Assembly (NCBI GenBank): GCA_003152105.1
Contig: PLZJ01000002.1
Location: 597,682-661,681 of the forward strand
Reading direction: 5' to 3'
From: Candidatus Levyibacteriota bacterium
GTDB lineage: Bacteria > Patescibacteriota > Microgenomatia > Levybacterales > UBA12049
DNA: 64,000 bases
This document shows, one piece after another, positions 32,221-42,816 of the stretch. Within the stretch, counting starts at the first letter, position 1; every line of letters starts with the position of its first letter. Made by a program: the position numbers and the translations under genes. The notes under the pieces are model-generated. The model was not told the DNA's origin and searched no databases. It worked only from the letters and a program-made list of their open reading frames with translations.

Positions 32221-32658
32221 ATGCTACTTGGGCAATACGAAGGAAGAATAGAGCAAAAACATAGAATTGCGTTTCCTAAGAAATTCAGACAATTTATCGG
32301 AAAAGAGCTGCTAATTACAAAGGGAATTGATCAACATTTATTAATACTATCTGCACATGATTCGAATACGTTACTTGAAGGAACGGAAGGTAAGCCATTT
32401 ACTGATAAATCAACTAGAGAAGTACAAAGATATTTATTTGGAAACGCAAGCTCAGTAAGTTTAGATTCGCAGGGGCGATTTCTTTTGCCTGATTATTTGC
32501 GTCAATACGCTAAATTAGAAAAAGAAGTCATGTTTGTTGGGGTTCGTTCATATATTGAAGTGTGGGATAAAAAACTTTGGGAAGCACATCAAAAAAACTT
32601 ATCAGAGCATATTGTAACAATTACTGAAACATTACAAGGGAGAAATGGAAACGAATAG
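32221..32658 (+). CDS. mraZ: Transcriptional regulator MraZ
   Basis: DSQGRFLLP, IEVW; first gene of the dcw cluster. Confidence 0.92.
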   Translation: MLLGQYEGRIEQKHRIAFPKKFRQFIGKELLITKGIDQHLLILSAHDSNTLLEGTEGKPFTDKSTREVQRYLFGNASSVSLDSQGRFLLPDYLRQYAKLEKEVMFVGVRSYIEVWDKKLWEAHQKNLSEHIVTITETLQGRNGNE

Positions 32659-33529
32659 GTACCACGAACCTGTCTTAAAACAAGAAGTGAATACGCTACT
32701 TGGTGTGGAAACAGGACAGGTTTATATAGACGCAACACTTGGAGGCGGAGGTCATACTAAAGAAATACTTGCAAAAGGCGGAAAAGTACTAGGAATCGAT
32801 CAAGACAATGATTCGGTGCAGTTTGTATCGAATGAGTTTAAACTTGATATTGAAAGAGGAAACTTGATCGTTTCACTAGGTAATTTTAGAAACATAAAAA
32901 CAATAGCACATTTACATGATTATTCAAGAGTTGATGGAATATTATTTGACTTAGGTGTCTCAAGTCATCAATTAGATGCAGGGGAAAAAGGACTGAGTTT
33001 TCAGAGAAATGCTGATCTTGATATGCGTTTAGATGAAGAGCTTGGAGTTAAAGCTTCTGATCTAATAAATGGATTAGGATTAAAAGAATTGACATTGTTG
33101 TTTACAAAATATGGAGAAGAACCATTCGCATATAAGATAGCAAAGAAAATTGTTGAAGTACGAAAAACTAGATCACTTGTAACAACATACGATTTATCAG
33201 ATCTTATCCTACACACCGTTCGAACAAAAGGACACATGCATCCTGCTACTCGAGTATTTCAAGCACTTCGAATTGCAGTAAATGATGAGTTAGTGAATTT
33301 GGAAAGAGCATTACCGGATGCCTTAAGTTTATTAAAGCCAAAAGGAAGATTGGTTGTTATTTCGTTTCATTCTCTTGAAGATCGAATTGTAAAACAAACA
33401 TTTGCTAAATTTAAAGAAAGAAAACTCGGAGAAATAATAACAAAAAAGCCTTTGCAAGCAACAGAAAAAGAAGTACTTACTAATATAAGAAGCAGAAGTG
33501 CAAAGCTTCGAGCTTTTGAGAAACTATGA
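32645..33529 (+). CDS. rsmH: 16S rRNA m4C1402 methyltransferase
   Basis: HEPVL, DATLGGGGH, DLGVSS, FQALRIAVN, SFHSLEDR. Confidence 0.96.
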   Translation: METNRYHEPVLKQEVNTLLGVETGQVYIDATLGGGGHTKEILAKGGKVLGIDQDNDSVQFVSNEFKLDIERGNLIVSLGNFRNIKTIAHLHDYSRVDGILFDLGVSSHQLDAGEKGLSFQRNADLDMRLDEELGVKASDLINGLGLKELTLLFTKYGEEPFAYKIAKKIVEVRKTRSLVTTYDLSDLILHTVRTKGHMHPATRVFQALRIAVNDELVNLERALPDALSLLKPKGRLVVISFHSLEDRIVKQTFAKFKERKLGEIITKKPLQATEKEVLTNIRSRSAKLRAFEKL

Positions 33530-33810
33530 AAAGACCAGTGCATTTATTACTATTTTTATTTATACTAATTATTGTGCTTGCTGTTTTGAAAATAGCGATA
33601 ACAAATACTATTGCAACAACCGGTATTACGCTTGGTCAAATGCAAAAACAAATAAGCGTACTTAATACTCAAAATTATATAATTGCTCAGAAATATTTAG
33701 CTGCAGCATCTCTTGTGACTATTTCTCAAAAAGCACAAAAGCTTGGATTTCAAAGTAATACCAATGATTATTTTGTAACGCAGGTAGAACAAACAGCTAC
33801 CACACAATGA
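33526..33810 (+). CDS. FtsL-like cell division protein
   Basis: Bitopic 94 aa, AQKLGF, located between rsmH and PBP. Confidence 0.65.
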   Translation: MKRPVHLLLFLFILIIVLAVLKIAITNTIATTGITLGQMQKQISVLNTQNYIIAQKYLAAASLVTISQKAQKLGFQSNTNDYFVTQVEQTATTQ

Positions 33811-35498
33811 ATTGGAGGTATAGATTTACATTAGGTACTCTTGTTATTCTGTTTTGTTTTGTAATTGTTAGATTATTATATTGGCAAGTAGTAAAAGCAG
33901 CAGAATTAACAACGCTTGGTAAGTCGCAATACGGTGCATTAATAACTGTTTCCCCTAAACGTGGCGAAATACTCGCAAATGACGGTTTTCCACTTGTCGC
34001 AAATAAAGTCTCTTATTTAGTATTTGCAAATCCAAAAGAAATTGAAAACAAAGATGAGATTTCAAAAATACTTGGAAACGATTTGCAAGTTGATCCAGCA
34101 TCTATTAGTGCTCAGTTATCCTTAAATCGATTTTGGGTACCACTGTATTATAACGCCGATTTTTCCATTAAAGCAAAAATCGATCAAGAAAAAGTAAACG
34201 GTATTGGTTATGAAGAACAATATTCTCGTTTTTACCCAGAAGCATCAATGGCTGCGCAATTAATTGGTTTTTTAGGTAAAGATGAACTTGGACAGGATAA
34301 AGGATATTTTGGATTAGAAGGGTATTATGACAGATTATTAAAAGGGAAAGCTGGACAATCAGTTGAAATACATGATGCGTTTGGCAGACCAATACTTGCA
34401 CAAGCAACAACGCAAACTGGTGTACAAAATGGTCAGACTATTAAACTTAGTATTGATCGTGCTATTCAATACGATGTAGAAAGTAAATTAAAAGACGGAG
34501 TTGAGAAATACGGTGCTAAACAAGGCATGGCAATTATTATGGATCCTAAGACAGGGAGTATTCTTGCAATGGCTGTCTACCCTAAATTTGATCCACAAAC
34601 ATTTTGGCAATATCCTCCTCAAACATACATTAACCCTATTATTTCGGATTTTTATGAGCCTGGTTCAACCTTTAAGTCAATAGTTATGGCCTCAGCAATT
34701 GATGCAGGCGTCGTCACTCCTGATACAAAATGTGATATTTGCTCTGGTCCTGTTTCACTTGGTGGCTTTGATATTAGAACGTGGGATAATAATTATTTTC
34801 CAAATACCTCAATGACAGATGTAATTATTCATTCAGATAATACTGGAATGGTTTTTGTGTCTAAAAAAATGGGTTTAAATAGATTATATTCTTATTTAAA
34901 TGCGTTTGGCATAGGTCATCAAACTGATATTGATTTACAAGGCGAAGCAGTGCCGGAGCTTAGATCTGTAGATCAATGGAGATCCATAGACGTTGCAACG
35001 GCAAGTTTTGGTCAAGGAATTGATGTTACCCCAATTGAGCTTTTGGAAGCCTTCTCTGCACTTGCAAATGGTGGCAAGCGAATGCAGCCTCATGTTGTTT
35101 CACAAATTCAGTCTGATGATGGAGAGGTAGTGACAATACCACCAAGAGAAATAAATCAACCAATTTCGGCTGAGACAGCACAAGTTATCACTGAAATTTT
35201 AGTTGATGCAGTTAATAAAGGAGAAGCGCAATTTGCAAGATTACATGGATATAGAATAGCGGGAAAAACAGGTACTGCTCAAATTCCAATTTCAGGACAC
35301 TATGATCCTAGTAAAACGGTTGCTTCTTTTATTGGTTTTGCCCCTGCTGATAACCCAAAATTCTCAATGCTTGTTATTTATGATGAGCCTTCAAGCTCAA
35401 TTTATGGTTCTGAAACAGCAGCACCAACTTTTTTTACAATTGCGAAAGATTTGTTAAATTACTACAATATTCCACCCTCAGTTCCAAATGACCCATAA
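33807..35498 (+). CDS. ftsI: Class B penicillin-binding protein
   Basis: EPGSTFK, SDN, KTGT motifs. Confidence 0.9.
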   Translation: MNWRYRFTLGTLVILFCFVIVRLLYWQVVKAAELTTLGKSQYGALITVSPKRGEILANDGFPLVANKVSYLVFANPKEIENKDEISKILGNDLQVDPASISAQLSLNRFWVPLYYNADFSIKAKIDQEKVNGIGYEEQYSRFYPEASMAAQLIGFLGKDELGQDKGYFGLEGYYDRLLKGKAGQSVEIHDAFGRPILAQATTQTGVQNGQTIKLSIDRAIQYDVESKLKDGVEKYGAKQGMAIIMDPKTGSILAMAVYPKFDPQTFWQYPPQTYINPIISDFYEPGSTFKSIVMASAIDAGVVTPDTKCDICSGPVSLGGFDIRTWDNNYFPNTSMTDVIIHSDNTGMVFVSKKMGLNRLYSYLNAFGIGHQTDIDLQGEAVPELRSVDQWRSIDVATASFGQGIDVTPIELLEAFSALANGGKRMQPHVVSQIQSDDGEVVTIPPREINQPISAETAQVITEILVDAVNKGEAQFARLHGYRIAGKTGTAQIPISGHYDPSKTVASFIGFAPADNPKFSMLVIYDEPSSSIYGSETAAPTFFTIAKDLLNYYNIPPSVPNDP

Positions 35499-35499
35499 T

Positions 35500-35829
35500 T
35501 TATCTAATAGAAGACCCGTTAGGAACAGAAGACGCGGGTATTAGAGGAATAGGTAATGATTCACCATCAACAGCAAGCATCATTCCTTGTGATTCCTCAT
35601 CCATCATTTTCCGTGTTTTTAAATTGAAGAGAAAAACGAGTTGTTTATGTAAAAAAAATGAAGGTTCATAGAGTGGGTATAGAGCAGTAAAAATTGTTCT
35701 TTTTTCAATACCGAAATCAACCGTTAATCGTATGAGTTTTTCAGAATTTTCCTTACGAATACTTTCAATTACCGTTCCAATCCTAATGTCTAGCTTTGCG
35801 AAGTCATCAATTGAAATTTCCTCTTTCAT
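35500..35829 (-). CDS. Stand-alone tRNA-binding OB-fold protein (Trbp111/CsaA/MetRS C-terminal-like)
   Basis: DFAKLDIRIG, KLIRLTVDFG, ESQGMML. Confidence 0.85.
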   Translation of the reverse strand: MKEEISIDDFAKLDIRIGTVIESIRKENSEKLIRLTVDFGIEKRTIFTALYPLYEPSFFLHKQLVFLFNLKTRKMMDEESQGMMLAVDGESLPIPLIPASSVPNGSSIR

Positions 35830-36161
35830 ATAATCGTAATTATATCATTTATGGTAGTTTTTGATAATGTTATTGCTTTGTTTGGAAGTTCTATTACCTG
35901 CTTATATTTGGGATTCCACATAAAAATTCTATTTGGATGTAATGCTTTTTTAAGCACAACAACTTCATTTTTATTATTTAATATAATCACATCTATTGGG
36001 AATCGTAAACCAAATGTATGAATGCCAAAACGTGTTGTTAATACAATGGCTTTTGCCTTCTTCTGCCCTATGAGACCGACAGATTTTGCAAGCAGTGAAT
36101 ATGAATAAGAAGCATGTTTATTAAGAACAGTTTTTTTGCTTTTATTTTTAATTATCATCAA
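35826..36161 (-). CDS. DUF192-like protein
   Basis: GIHTFGLRFPIDVIIL, VIELP. Confidence 0.75.
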   Translation of the reverse strand: MMIIKNKSKKTVLNKHASYSYSLLAKSVGLIGQKKAKAIVLTTRFGIHTFGLRFPIDVIILNNKNEVVVLKKALHPNRIFMWNPKYKQVIELPNKAITLSKTTINDIITII

Positions 36162-36163
36162 AA

Positions 36164-36607
36164 TTAGGATAGTGTTTCTTTATTAATTTTTTGCTTTAGC
36201 AGTTGTAGATCATAGTCTGTGACAATAGTTAGTCGTAATTTTTCAGCGTCTTCAATTGAAAACCATCCTATTTCTTTACATTTTTCTGGTTCTAAGATGC
36301 GAGGCGTCCCTTTTACGATCCTGCAAATATACGTTGGTGATACCCAATGTTGTTTTTCGTTTGGAATAATATGGTCACAAATACCAAGTAGTGTAATGAT
36401 TTTTATATCTACCCCATGTTCTTCTTTAATTTCGCGTTTTAACGCACGTTCAATAGTTTCTCCAAACTCCACAGTTCCTCCAGGAAGCTCCCATTTATTT
36501 TGCTCGTTTTTGGCTTTCTCTCCACGTAAAGTAAGAAAAATCTGTCCTTGTTCATTTAATATGGCAGCACCAACGCCTACTCCTATATAATCTTTGCCTA
36601 TTCGCAT
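36164..36607 (-). CDS. NUDIX hydrolase
   Basis: GGTVEFGETIERALKREIKEEHG Nudix box. Confidence 0.9.
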   Translation of the reverse strand: MRIGKDYIGVGVGAAILNEQGQIFLTLRGEKAKNEQNKWELPGGTVEFGETIERALKREIKEEHGVDIKIITLLGICDHIIPNEKQHWVSPTYICRIVKGTPRILEPEKCKEIGWFSIEDAEKLRLTIVTDYDLQLLKQKINKETLS

Positions 36608-36665
36608 AAAGTGTATTATATATCATTTGTAGAGAAAACGTAGGAAAAACGGTATAATACGTTGT

Positions 36666-37859
36666 ATGCAGAGAGTAAAAAATTACTACCATTTACTCCG
36701 GGCAATTGTTGCAAATTTATCTCATGGGTTTCCATCGAAAAAGTTAACGGTTATAGGCGTGACAGGTTCAGATGGCAAGACTACTACAACTTCTCTTATT
36801 TATCACATTTTAAATACTGCACAAAAAAAAGTGTCTATGGTTTCAACAGTTGGTGCGATAATAAATGGCACAACCTATGATGTTGGATTTCACGTTACTA
36901 ATCCAGCCCCATCACAACTACAAAAATTTATAAAAAAAGCATTAGTAAGTGGCAATGATACTGAAAAAAAATATATGGTCATTGAAGCGACATCTCATGG
37001 AATTGATCAATATAGAGTATGGGGAATTCCTTTTACAATTGGTGTAATAACAAATGTATCAGATGAGCATTTGGATTATCACAAAACCTACGAAAAATAT
37101 GTTACGACAAAAGCTAAGCTTCTCCTATCATCGAAACAAAGTATTATCAACAAAGACGATCGATCTTATTCATATATTAGTGCATTTTTAACCAAAAAAA
37201 AATACAAAGGTAACATTCTGACTTACGGACTTTCTGATGCTGATATAACGCCTGAGCTTTTTCCATTTAAAACGACACTTCTTGGAAACTATAATACGTA
37301 TAATGTACTTGCAGGAATAAGTACTTGCTTACAACTTGGTATTGAAAAAGAAACCATACTTTCAGCAATTGATTCGTTTCAAGCGCCTATTGGTAGAGCA
37401 CAAATTGTATATCAAAAAGACTTTCGTGTAATGATTGATTTTGCACATACGTCAAATTCATTTGAACAAATACTTTCTTCAGTTCGTCCACAAGTAAAAG
37501 GTAGAATTATCCATGTGTTCGGTAGTGCAGGAAAAAGAGATGTAGCAAAGCGAAAAGTTATGGGTGAAAATTCATCAAAGTATGCAGATGTTATTATTCT
37601 AACGGCTGAAGATCCTCGATCAGAAGATGTAAATCATATCATTGATCAAATTGCGCAAGGTATATCCAAAAAAAGAAAAATTGAAGTGCTTAAAATTCCT
37701 GATAGAACTAGGGCAATTACTACTGCAATTGCCATGGCAAAACGAAATGATATGGTTATCTGTACAGGAAAAGCGCATGAAAAATCTATGAATCTAGGAC
37801 ATGGTGAGGAGTCATGGGATGAGTTTGCGGTTGTCAAAAAAGCGCTCGAGCAACGCTAG
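36666..37859 (+). CDS. murE: UDP-MurNAc-tripeptide synthetase
   Basis: GSDGKTTT, EATSHG, EHLDYH, DFAHT, EDPRSE. Confidence 0.88.
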   Translation: MQRVKNYYHLLRAIVANLSHGFPSKKLTVIGVTGSDGKTTTTSLIYHILNTAQKKVSMVSTVGAIINGTTYDVGFHVTNPAPSQLQKFIKKALVSGNDTEKKYMVIEATSHGIDQYRVWGIPFTIGVITNVSDEHLDYHKTYEKYVTTKAKLLLSSKQSIINKDDRSYSYISAFLTKKKYKGNILTYGLSDADITPELFPFKTTLLGNYNTYNVLAGISTCLQLGIEKETILSAIDSFQAPIGRAQIVYQKDFRVMIDFAHTSNSFEQILSSVRPQVKGRIIHVFGSAGKRDVAKRKVMGENSSKYADVIILTAEDPRSEDVNHIIDQIAQGISKKRKIEVLKIPDRTRAITTAIAMAKRNDMVICTGKAHEKSMNLGHGEESWDEFAVVKKALEQR

Positions 37860-37867
37860 AATAATAT

Positions 37868-39292
37868 ATGAATATATATAAACACATTCATTTTGTTGGC
37901 ATAAAAGGAGTTGGTATGACACCACTTGCCATTATTGCAAAAGAAAGTGGCGCTAAAGTTACTGGTTCTGATCTTGACCAGTCATTTATTACAGACGAAC
38001 CTTTAGCAAAAGCAGGCATCGAAATTTTTAACGGTTTTTTAAAAGATAATGTTATTGGTGCAAATCTAATCATTTTTACAGGAGCGCATGGTGGAGCGGA
38101 TAATATCGAAGTTATAGAAGGAAAGAAAATAGGTACTCCTGTTTTAACCCAAGGTCAAGCGGTAGGAGTATTTATGAAAGGGGATTTATTTAAAAGAAAA
38201 TTTAAAGGGATAGCAGTTTCGGGAACTCACGGCAAAACGACAACAACAGCGATTATTGCAACTATTTTGTCTCAAAACAAACTAGACCCGAGTTATATTA
38301 TTGGAACAAGCATGATTTCTTCATTGCCATTTCCTGGTCATTTTGGAAAAGGTGAATACTTTATTGCAGAAGCTGATGAGTATGTCTCAGACCCAAGACA
38401 TGATAAAACACCAAAGCTTTTATTGCAAAGCCCACAAATTGCAGTAATTGCAAATATTGAACTTGATCACACGGATATATATAGTTCAATTGATGAGATT
38501 AGAACGGTATTTTTACAGTTTGCAAATAAGTTGCCAAAAGAGGGGACTTTGGTAGCAAATTTTGATGATGAACAGACAAAGATGCTACTAAAAGAATATA
38601 CCGGAAACGTAATAACTTTTGGACAATCTGCGCAAAGTGATGTGGTAATTACAAGAATTACTCCTTCTTCTGAAAAAACTTTTTTTACACTCGAAAGAGG
38701 GGGTATATCGCTTGGAGACTTTTCTATTCCACTTTTTGGTACCCATAATATTTCAAATGCAACAGCAGCATATATTGTTGCAACAGAGGCTGGACTTTCA
38801 AGCGAGCAAATTAAACTAGCTTTGAGTACGTTTAAAGGAAGCAAAAGAAGACTTGAATATTTAGGAAATCTTCCAAGTGGCGCGAAGTGGTATGATGATT
38901 ACGCTCATCATCCAACTGAAATCCAAAAATCCTTAAAAGCATTAAAAGACGCTAATTCCTCGTCTCATATAGTTTGTATATTTCAACCTCATACCTATTC
39001 TCGAACAAAAGATCTTTTTACCAAATTTTCTACGTGTTTTTCTAAGGCTGACACGGTTATTTTTACTGAAATATTTCCTTCAGAACGAGAAGACATAGAC
39101 ACATCATTTTCTGCAAGTCATTTAGCTTCAGAGGTGAGAAAAACACATAAAAGTGTCATTTTCTTAAAATCAAGTGCTGATGTGGTAGAATATATATCCA
39201 AACAGGACTATAGTTATAGTACAATAGTCGTCACTATGGGTGCAGGAGATGTATATAAAATAGCAGAACAGTTTTCATTACATAAAACATGA
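37868..39292 (+). CDS. murC: UDP-MurNAc-L-alanine ligase
   Basis: GIKGVGM, GTHGKTTTT, EADE, DDYAHHPTEI, FQPHTYSRT. Confidence 0.95.
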   Translation: MNIYKHIHFVGIKGVGMTPLAIIAKESGAKVTGSDLDQSFITDEPLAKAGIEIFNGFLKDNVIGANLIIFTGAHGGADNIEVIEGKKIGTPVLTQGQAVGVFMKGDLFKRKFKGIAVSGTHGKTTTTAIIATILSQNKLDPSYIIGTSMISSLPFPGHFGKGEYFIAEADEYVSDPRHDKTPKLLLQSPQIAVIANIELDHTDIYSSIDEIRTVFLQFANKLPKEGTLVANFDDEQTKMLLKEYTGNVITFGQSAQSDVVITRITPSSEKTFFTLERGGISLGDFSIPLFGTHNISNATAAYIVATEAGLSSEQIKLALSTFKGSKRRLEYLGNLPSGAKWYDDYAHHPTEIQKSLKALKDANSSSHIVCIFQPHTYSRTKDLFTKFSTCFSKADTVIFTEIFPSEREDIDTSFSASHLASEVRKTHKSVIFLKSSADVVEYISKQDYSYSTIVVTMGAGDVYKIAEQFSLHKT

Positions 39293-40281
39293 AGCAAGAT
39301 TCAATACTAAAAGAATTAAAGCAAGAACTTGGTGCTCATAGAGTTAAAAGTAACGAGCCAATGAGAAATCACACCTCATGTAAAATTGGTGGAATGGCTA
39401 TTTATTATTTTGAAGCCGAAACTGCTACTGATCTAATGAAGGCATTCTTACTTTCCTATAAACTACATATTCCAGTTTATATATTAGGCGGAGGATCTAC
39501 CGTCTTATTTTCAGATAAAGGTTTCAACGGCTTTGTTATAAAAAATAATACAAGAAAATTTGATATTTTCGGCATGAGTGGAAAAATTGCAAACAGAAAA
39601 CTTAGTGTTGATAAAACAATTTTATATGCTGAATCAGGAGTTTTAACAAATCAGGTAGTACGTTTTAGCATTGAACATGGATTTTCAGGGCTTGAATATC
39701 AGCTAGGTTTACCTGGTACAATTGGAGGAGCAATAGTTATGAACGCAGGGTACTTCCCAAGAAATGTTTACTTAAAAGATGCATTATTTAAAATAAAAAT
39801 ACTTAATTGTCAGGGTGAACTTAAGGAGGTTGATACTACTTATTTAGCAACCACAATTGGCAAAAGTAAGCTTGCAAGTTGTGAGGAAATTATTGTTTCA
39901 GTAACGTTTATACTTGAGGCAAAAGATAAAGCACAACTATGGGAAAGAGGCAATGAGGCAAGTGCATATAGAGCAACATATTATCCAAATGGTATGTCAT
40001 TGGGACTTGCTTTTGGAGATATTTCAATTGCAGATGCTATGAAAATTCCAACTCCTCAAAGTATTACATCAGCAGATTTTTTAATAAAAAATGCCGGAAT
40101 TAAAAAGAAGCAGATTGGGGATGCGATGATATCATCTCTTCATAGCAATTTTATTACAAACAACGGAAATGCAACTGCTTTAGATGTCATGAATTTATTT
40201 GAAGAAATAAAACAAAGTGTCAAAACAAAGTTTGGAGTTTCGTTACCGATTCAAAGTAACGTAATAGGATTTAATGAATAA
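39289..40281 (+). CDS. murB: MurB-family protein, divergent active site
   Basis: HTSCKIGG, LGGGS, GLPGTIGGAIVMNAG, HSNFITN; catalytic motifs appear altered. Confidence 0.8.
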   Translation: MKQDSILKELKQELGAHRVKSNEPMRNHTSCKIGGMAIYYFEAETATDLMKAFLLSYKLHIPVYILGGGSTVLFSDKGFNGFVIKNNTRKFDIFGMSGKIANRKLSVDKTILYAESGVLTNQVVRFSIEHGFSGLEYQLGLPGTIGGAIVMNAGYFPRNVYLKDALFKIKILNCQGELKEVDTTYLATTIGKSKLASCEEIIVSVTFILEAKDKAQLWERGNEASAYRATYYPNGMSLGLAFGDISIADAMKIPTPQSITSADFLIKNAGIKKKQIGDAMISSLHSNFITNNGNATALDVMNLFEEIKQSVKTKFGVSLPIQSNVIGFNE

Positions 40282-41608
40282 ATTTATTGTTCAAGGTGGT
40301 AAAGTATTAAATGGAACAACAAATGTATCCGGTGCTAAAAACGTGGCATTAAAAACTCTTGTTGCAGCATGTCTTACCTCTGAAAAGGTAACTATTGAAA
40401 ACATTCCTCTTATTTCAGATTTTTTTGTAATGGTAGATATTATGAAAGATTTGGGAATATCTGTTGTAATAACTGATCATGGGGTTGAAATAGAGGCAAA
40501 AGAAATAAAGAAACATCAAATTCCATTAGATAAAGCAGCGCTTGCTAGAACATCTTCTATGTTTATTTCTCCACTACTTGCGCGAGTTGGCGAAGCGATT
40601 ATACCTAATCCAGGTGGTTGTAGACTTGGTGCACGTCCAATAGATAGAACAATAGAAGGAGTAAAACAACTCTCTGCTACAATTTCATATTTTAGTGATG
40701 ATGGGTATTTCCATGCAAAAACGACTGGATTAAAAGGTGCCACCTACAGATTTGAGAAAAACACACATACTGGTACAGAAACACTTATCCTAACTGCGGT
40801 TTTGGCAAAAGGTACGACAATTTTAGAAAACGCAGCTGAAGAACCGGAAATTGATGAATTAATAGATTTATTAAACAAAATGGGAGCAAAAGTAAAAAGA
40901 ACAAGTAAAAGAAAAATAGAAATTATTGGTGTAGATAAACTTCATGGAACACACTTTCGTATACAACCAGATAGAAATGAAATAATAACATTTGCCATTG
41001 CAGCTATCATCACCAAAGGCGATGTTTTTATAAAAGATGCAAACCCGCTTGCGATAAAAGATTTTCTTGAACAGCTAGACCAAGCGCATGGAGGATATGA
41101 AGTTAAAAAAGACGGAATACGTTTTTATTATAAAGATCAGTTAGTTGCAACTGATACTACTACAAGTATTTTTCCTGGATTTATGACTGATTGGCAAGCT
41201 CCATGGGCAGTATTAATGACACAAGCTACAGGAGTGTCACTTGTCCATGAAACGGTATTTGAAAATAAGTTTGGCTATGTTAAAGATTTAAAGAGAATGG
41301 GAGCAAAAATTGAACTATTTAATCCTTCTGTTGAAAAACCAGAAGAACTGTATAATTTTAACTTAGCAGATGATAAAAAAACGTATTTTCATGCAATTCG
41401 CGTATATGGACCAACACAGCTTCATGATGCAGTTGTTTCGACAATTGACATACGAGCAGGAGCTGCAATAGTACTTGCAGCGCTGGTTGCAAAAGGAAGA
41501 ACAACAATATTTGGCATTGAGAAGTTAGATCGTGGATATGAAGATTTCGAAAAGAGATTAACTAATATTGGAGCTAGTATAAAGCGTTTAAAGGAGGAAG
41601 ATGAATAA
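40274..41608 (+). CDS. murA: UDP-GlcNAc 1-carboxyvinyltransferase
   Basis: SGAKN, PGGCRLGARPID, DIRAG, DRGYE. Confidence 0.95.
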   Translation: MNKFIVQGGKVLNGTTNVSGAKNVALKTLVAACLTSEKVTIENIPLISDFFVMVDIMKDLGISVVITDHGVEIEAKEIKKHQIPLDKAALARTSSMFISPLLARVGEAIIPNPGGCRLGARPIDRTIEGVKQLSATISYFSDDGYFHAKTTGLKGATYRFEKNTHTGTETLILTAVLAKGTTILENAAEEPEIDELIDLLNKMGAKVKRTSKRKIEIIGVDKLHGTHFRIQPDRNEIITFAIAAIITKGDVFIKDANPLAIKDFLEQLDQAHGGYEVKKDGIRFYYKDQLVATDTTTSIFPGFMTDWQAPWAVLMTQATGVSLVHETVFENKFGYVKDLKRMGAKIELFNPSVEKPEELYNFNLADDKKTYFHAIRVYGPTQLHDAVVSTIDIRAGAAIVLAALVAKGRTTIFGIEKLDRGYEDFEKRLTNIGASIKRLKEEDE

Positions 41609-42359
41609 CAAAAATCAGGTATTTGGTTCAATTATACTTGCTGCTGGAAAAGGGAGACGAATGCAATCTGAGACATTTAACAAGGTAAGTTTGCATTTAG
41701 CAAATAAGCCAATGATTTTACATATTATTCATTTTATGCAAAAACTACCTATCCAAAGCATAGTCGTAGTAGTCGGGTATGCGAAAGAATCAGTCATGAA
41801 TGCGTTAAAAAATGAAAACGTATTATTTGCAGAACAAGAAGAACAATTGGGTACCTCACATGCGGTAAGAGTTGGGCTTGGTAAATTACCAAAAACAATT
41901 ACTGACGTTTTAATTGTGTATGGTGATGACGCTGTTTTATATATTGAGAAGCAATTACATCTTATTCAAAAGCTCTTTTCAACACATCAGGAAAGTGATG
42001 CTGTCGTAACATTTCTAACTATTGATCAAGAAAATCCGTTTGGTTTAGGAAGAATTATTCGAAATAATGAAGGAGAAGCTGTAGCAATAATTGAAGAAAA
42101 AGATGCTACTGAAGAACAAAAGAAAATTAAAGAAATTAATCCAGGCTGCTACTTATTTCAAGTAGATTTTTTAAATGAATATTTACCAATAGTAAAAAAA
42201 AGTCCAGTTACTGGAGAATATTATTTAACTGATTTGGTTGACATAGCAATAGAAAATAATAAGATTGTTAAAACCGTTCAGGGAGGAATGGTGCTCTGGA
42301 GGGGCGTAAATACACCAGAAGAGTTAGAAGAAGCGCATAAATTAATGGAGCTACAGTAA
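41601..42359 (+). CDS. GlmU uridylyltransferase domain only (no acetyltransferase domain)
   Basis: LAAGKGRRM, QLGTSHAV, EEKDAT, EIN, GEYYLTD, GVNT; stops at 252 aa. Confidence 0.85.
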   Translation: MNNKNQVFGSIILAAGKGRRMQSETFNKVSLHLANKPMILHIIHFMQKLPIQSIVVVVGYAKESVMNALKNENVLFAEQEEQLGTSHAVRVGLGKLPKTITDVLIVYGDDAVLYIEKQLHLIQKLFSTHQESDAVVTFLTIDQENPFGLGRIIRNNEGEAVAIIEEKDATEEQKKIKEINPGCYLFQVDFLNEYLPIVKKSPVTGEYYLTDLVDIAIENNKIVKTVQGGMVLWRGVNTPEELEEAHKLMELQ

Positions 42360-42360
42360 T

Positions 42361-42816
42361 ATGGATCAAGAAATATATGTTAAAGAAGTAAAAAATGTTA
42401 CCGAAGAAGTCGTTTCCTCAATCTCATCACTAATCAAAGAACTTGGAACGACCTTTGAACCATTTACAAAAGAAACACTTGAAAAGATACTTCGCAGTGA
42501 AAATACCTTTTTGTATATTGCCATAGATCAAATGACAAATAAAATTGCAGGCATGATTACGCTTTGTGTATTTACCATACCATACAGAACCAAAGGTTGG
42601 TTGGAGGATTTAGTAGTAGATAAATCTTTTAGAGGTAGAGGTGTGGGTTCAATGCTTTTAGAACACGCTATTGAAAAAGCCAAAAGCCAAAAAGTTACTT
42701 CACTTAATTTAAGTTCTTCAATTTCTCGAAATCAAGCCTCCAAACATTTATACGAAAAACACGGATTTGTTATAAGAGATTCTCATATTTATCGCTTGCT
42801 TCTTTCCTATGAATAA
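42361..42816 (+). CDS. GNAT acetyltransferase, GNA1-like
   Basis: GWLEDLVVDKSFRGRGVG, LYEKHGF. Confidence 0.8.
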   Translation: MDQEIYVKEVKNVTEEVVSSISSLIKELGTTFEPFTKETLEKILRSENTFLYIAIDQMTNKIAGMITLCVFTIPYRTKGWLEDLVVDKSFRGRGVGSMLLEHAIEKAKSQKVTSLNLSSSISRNQASKHLYEKHGFVIRDSHIYRLLLSYE

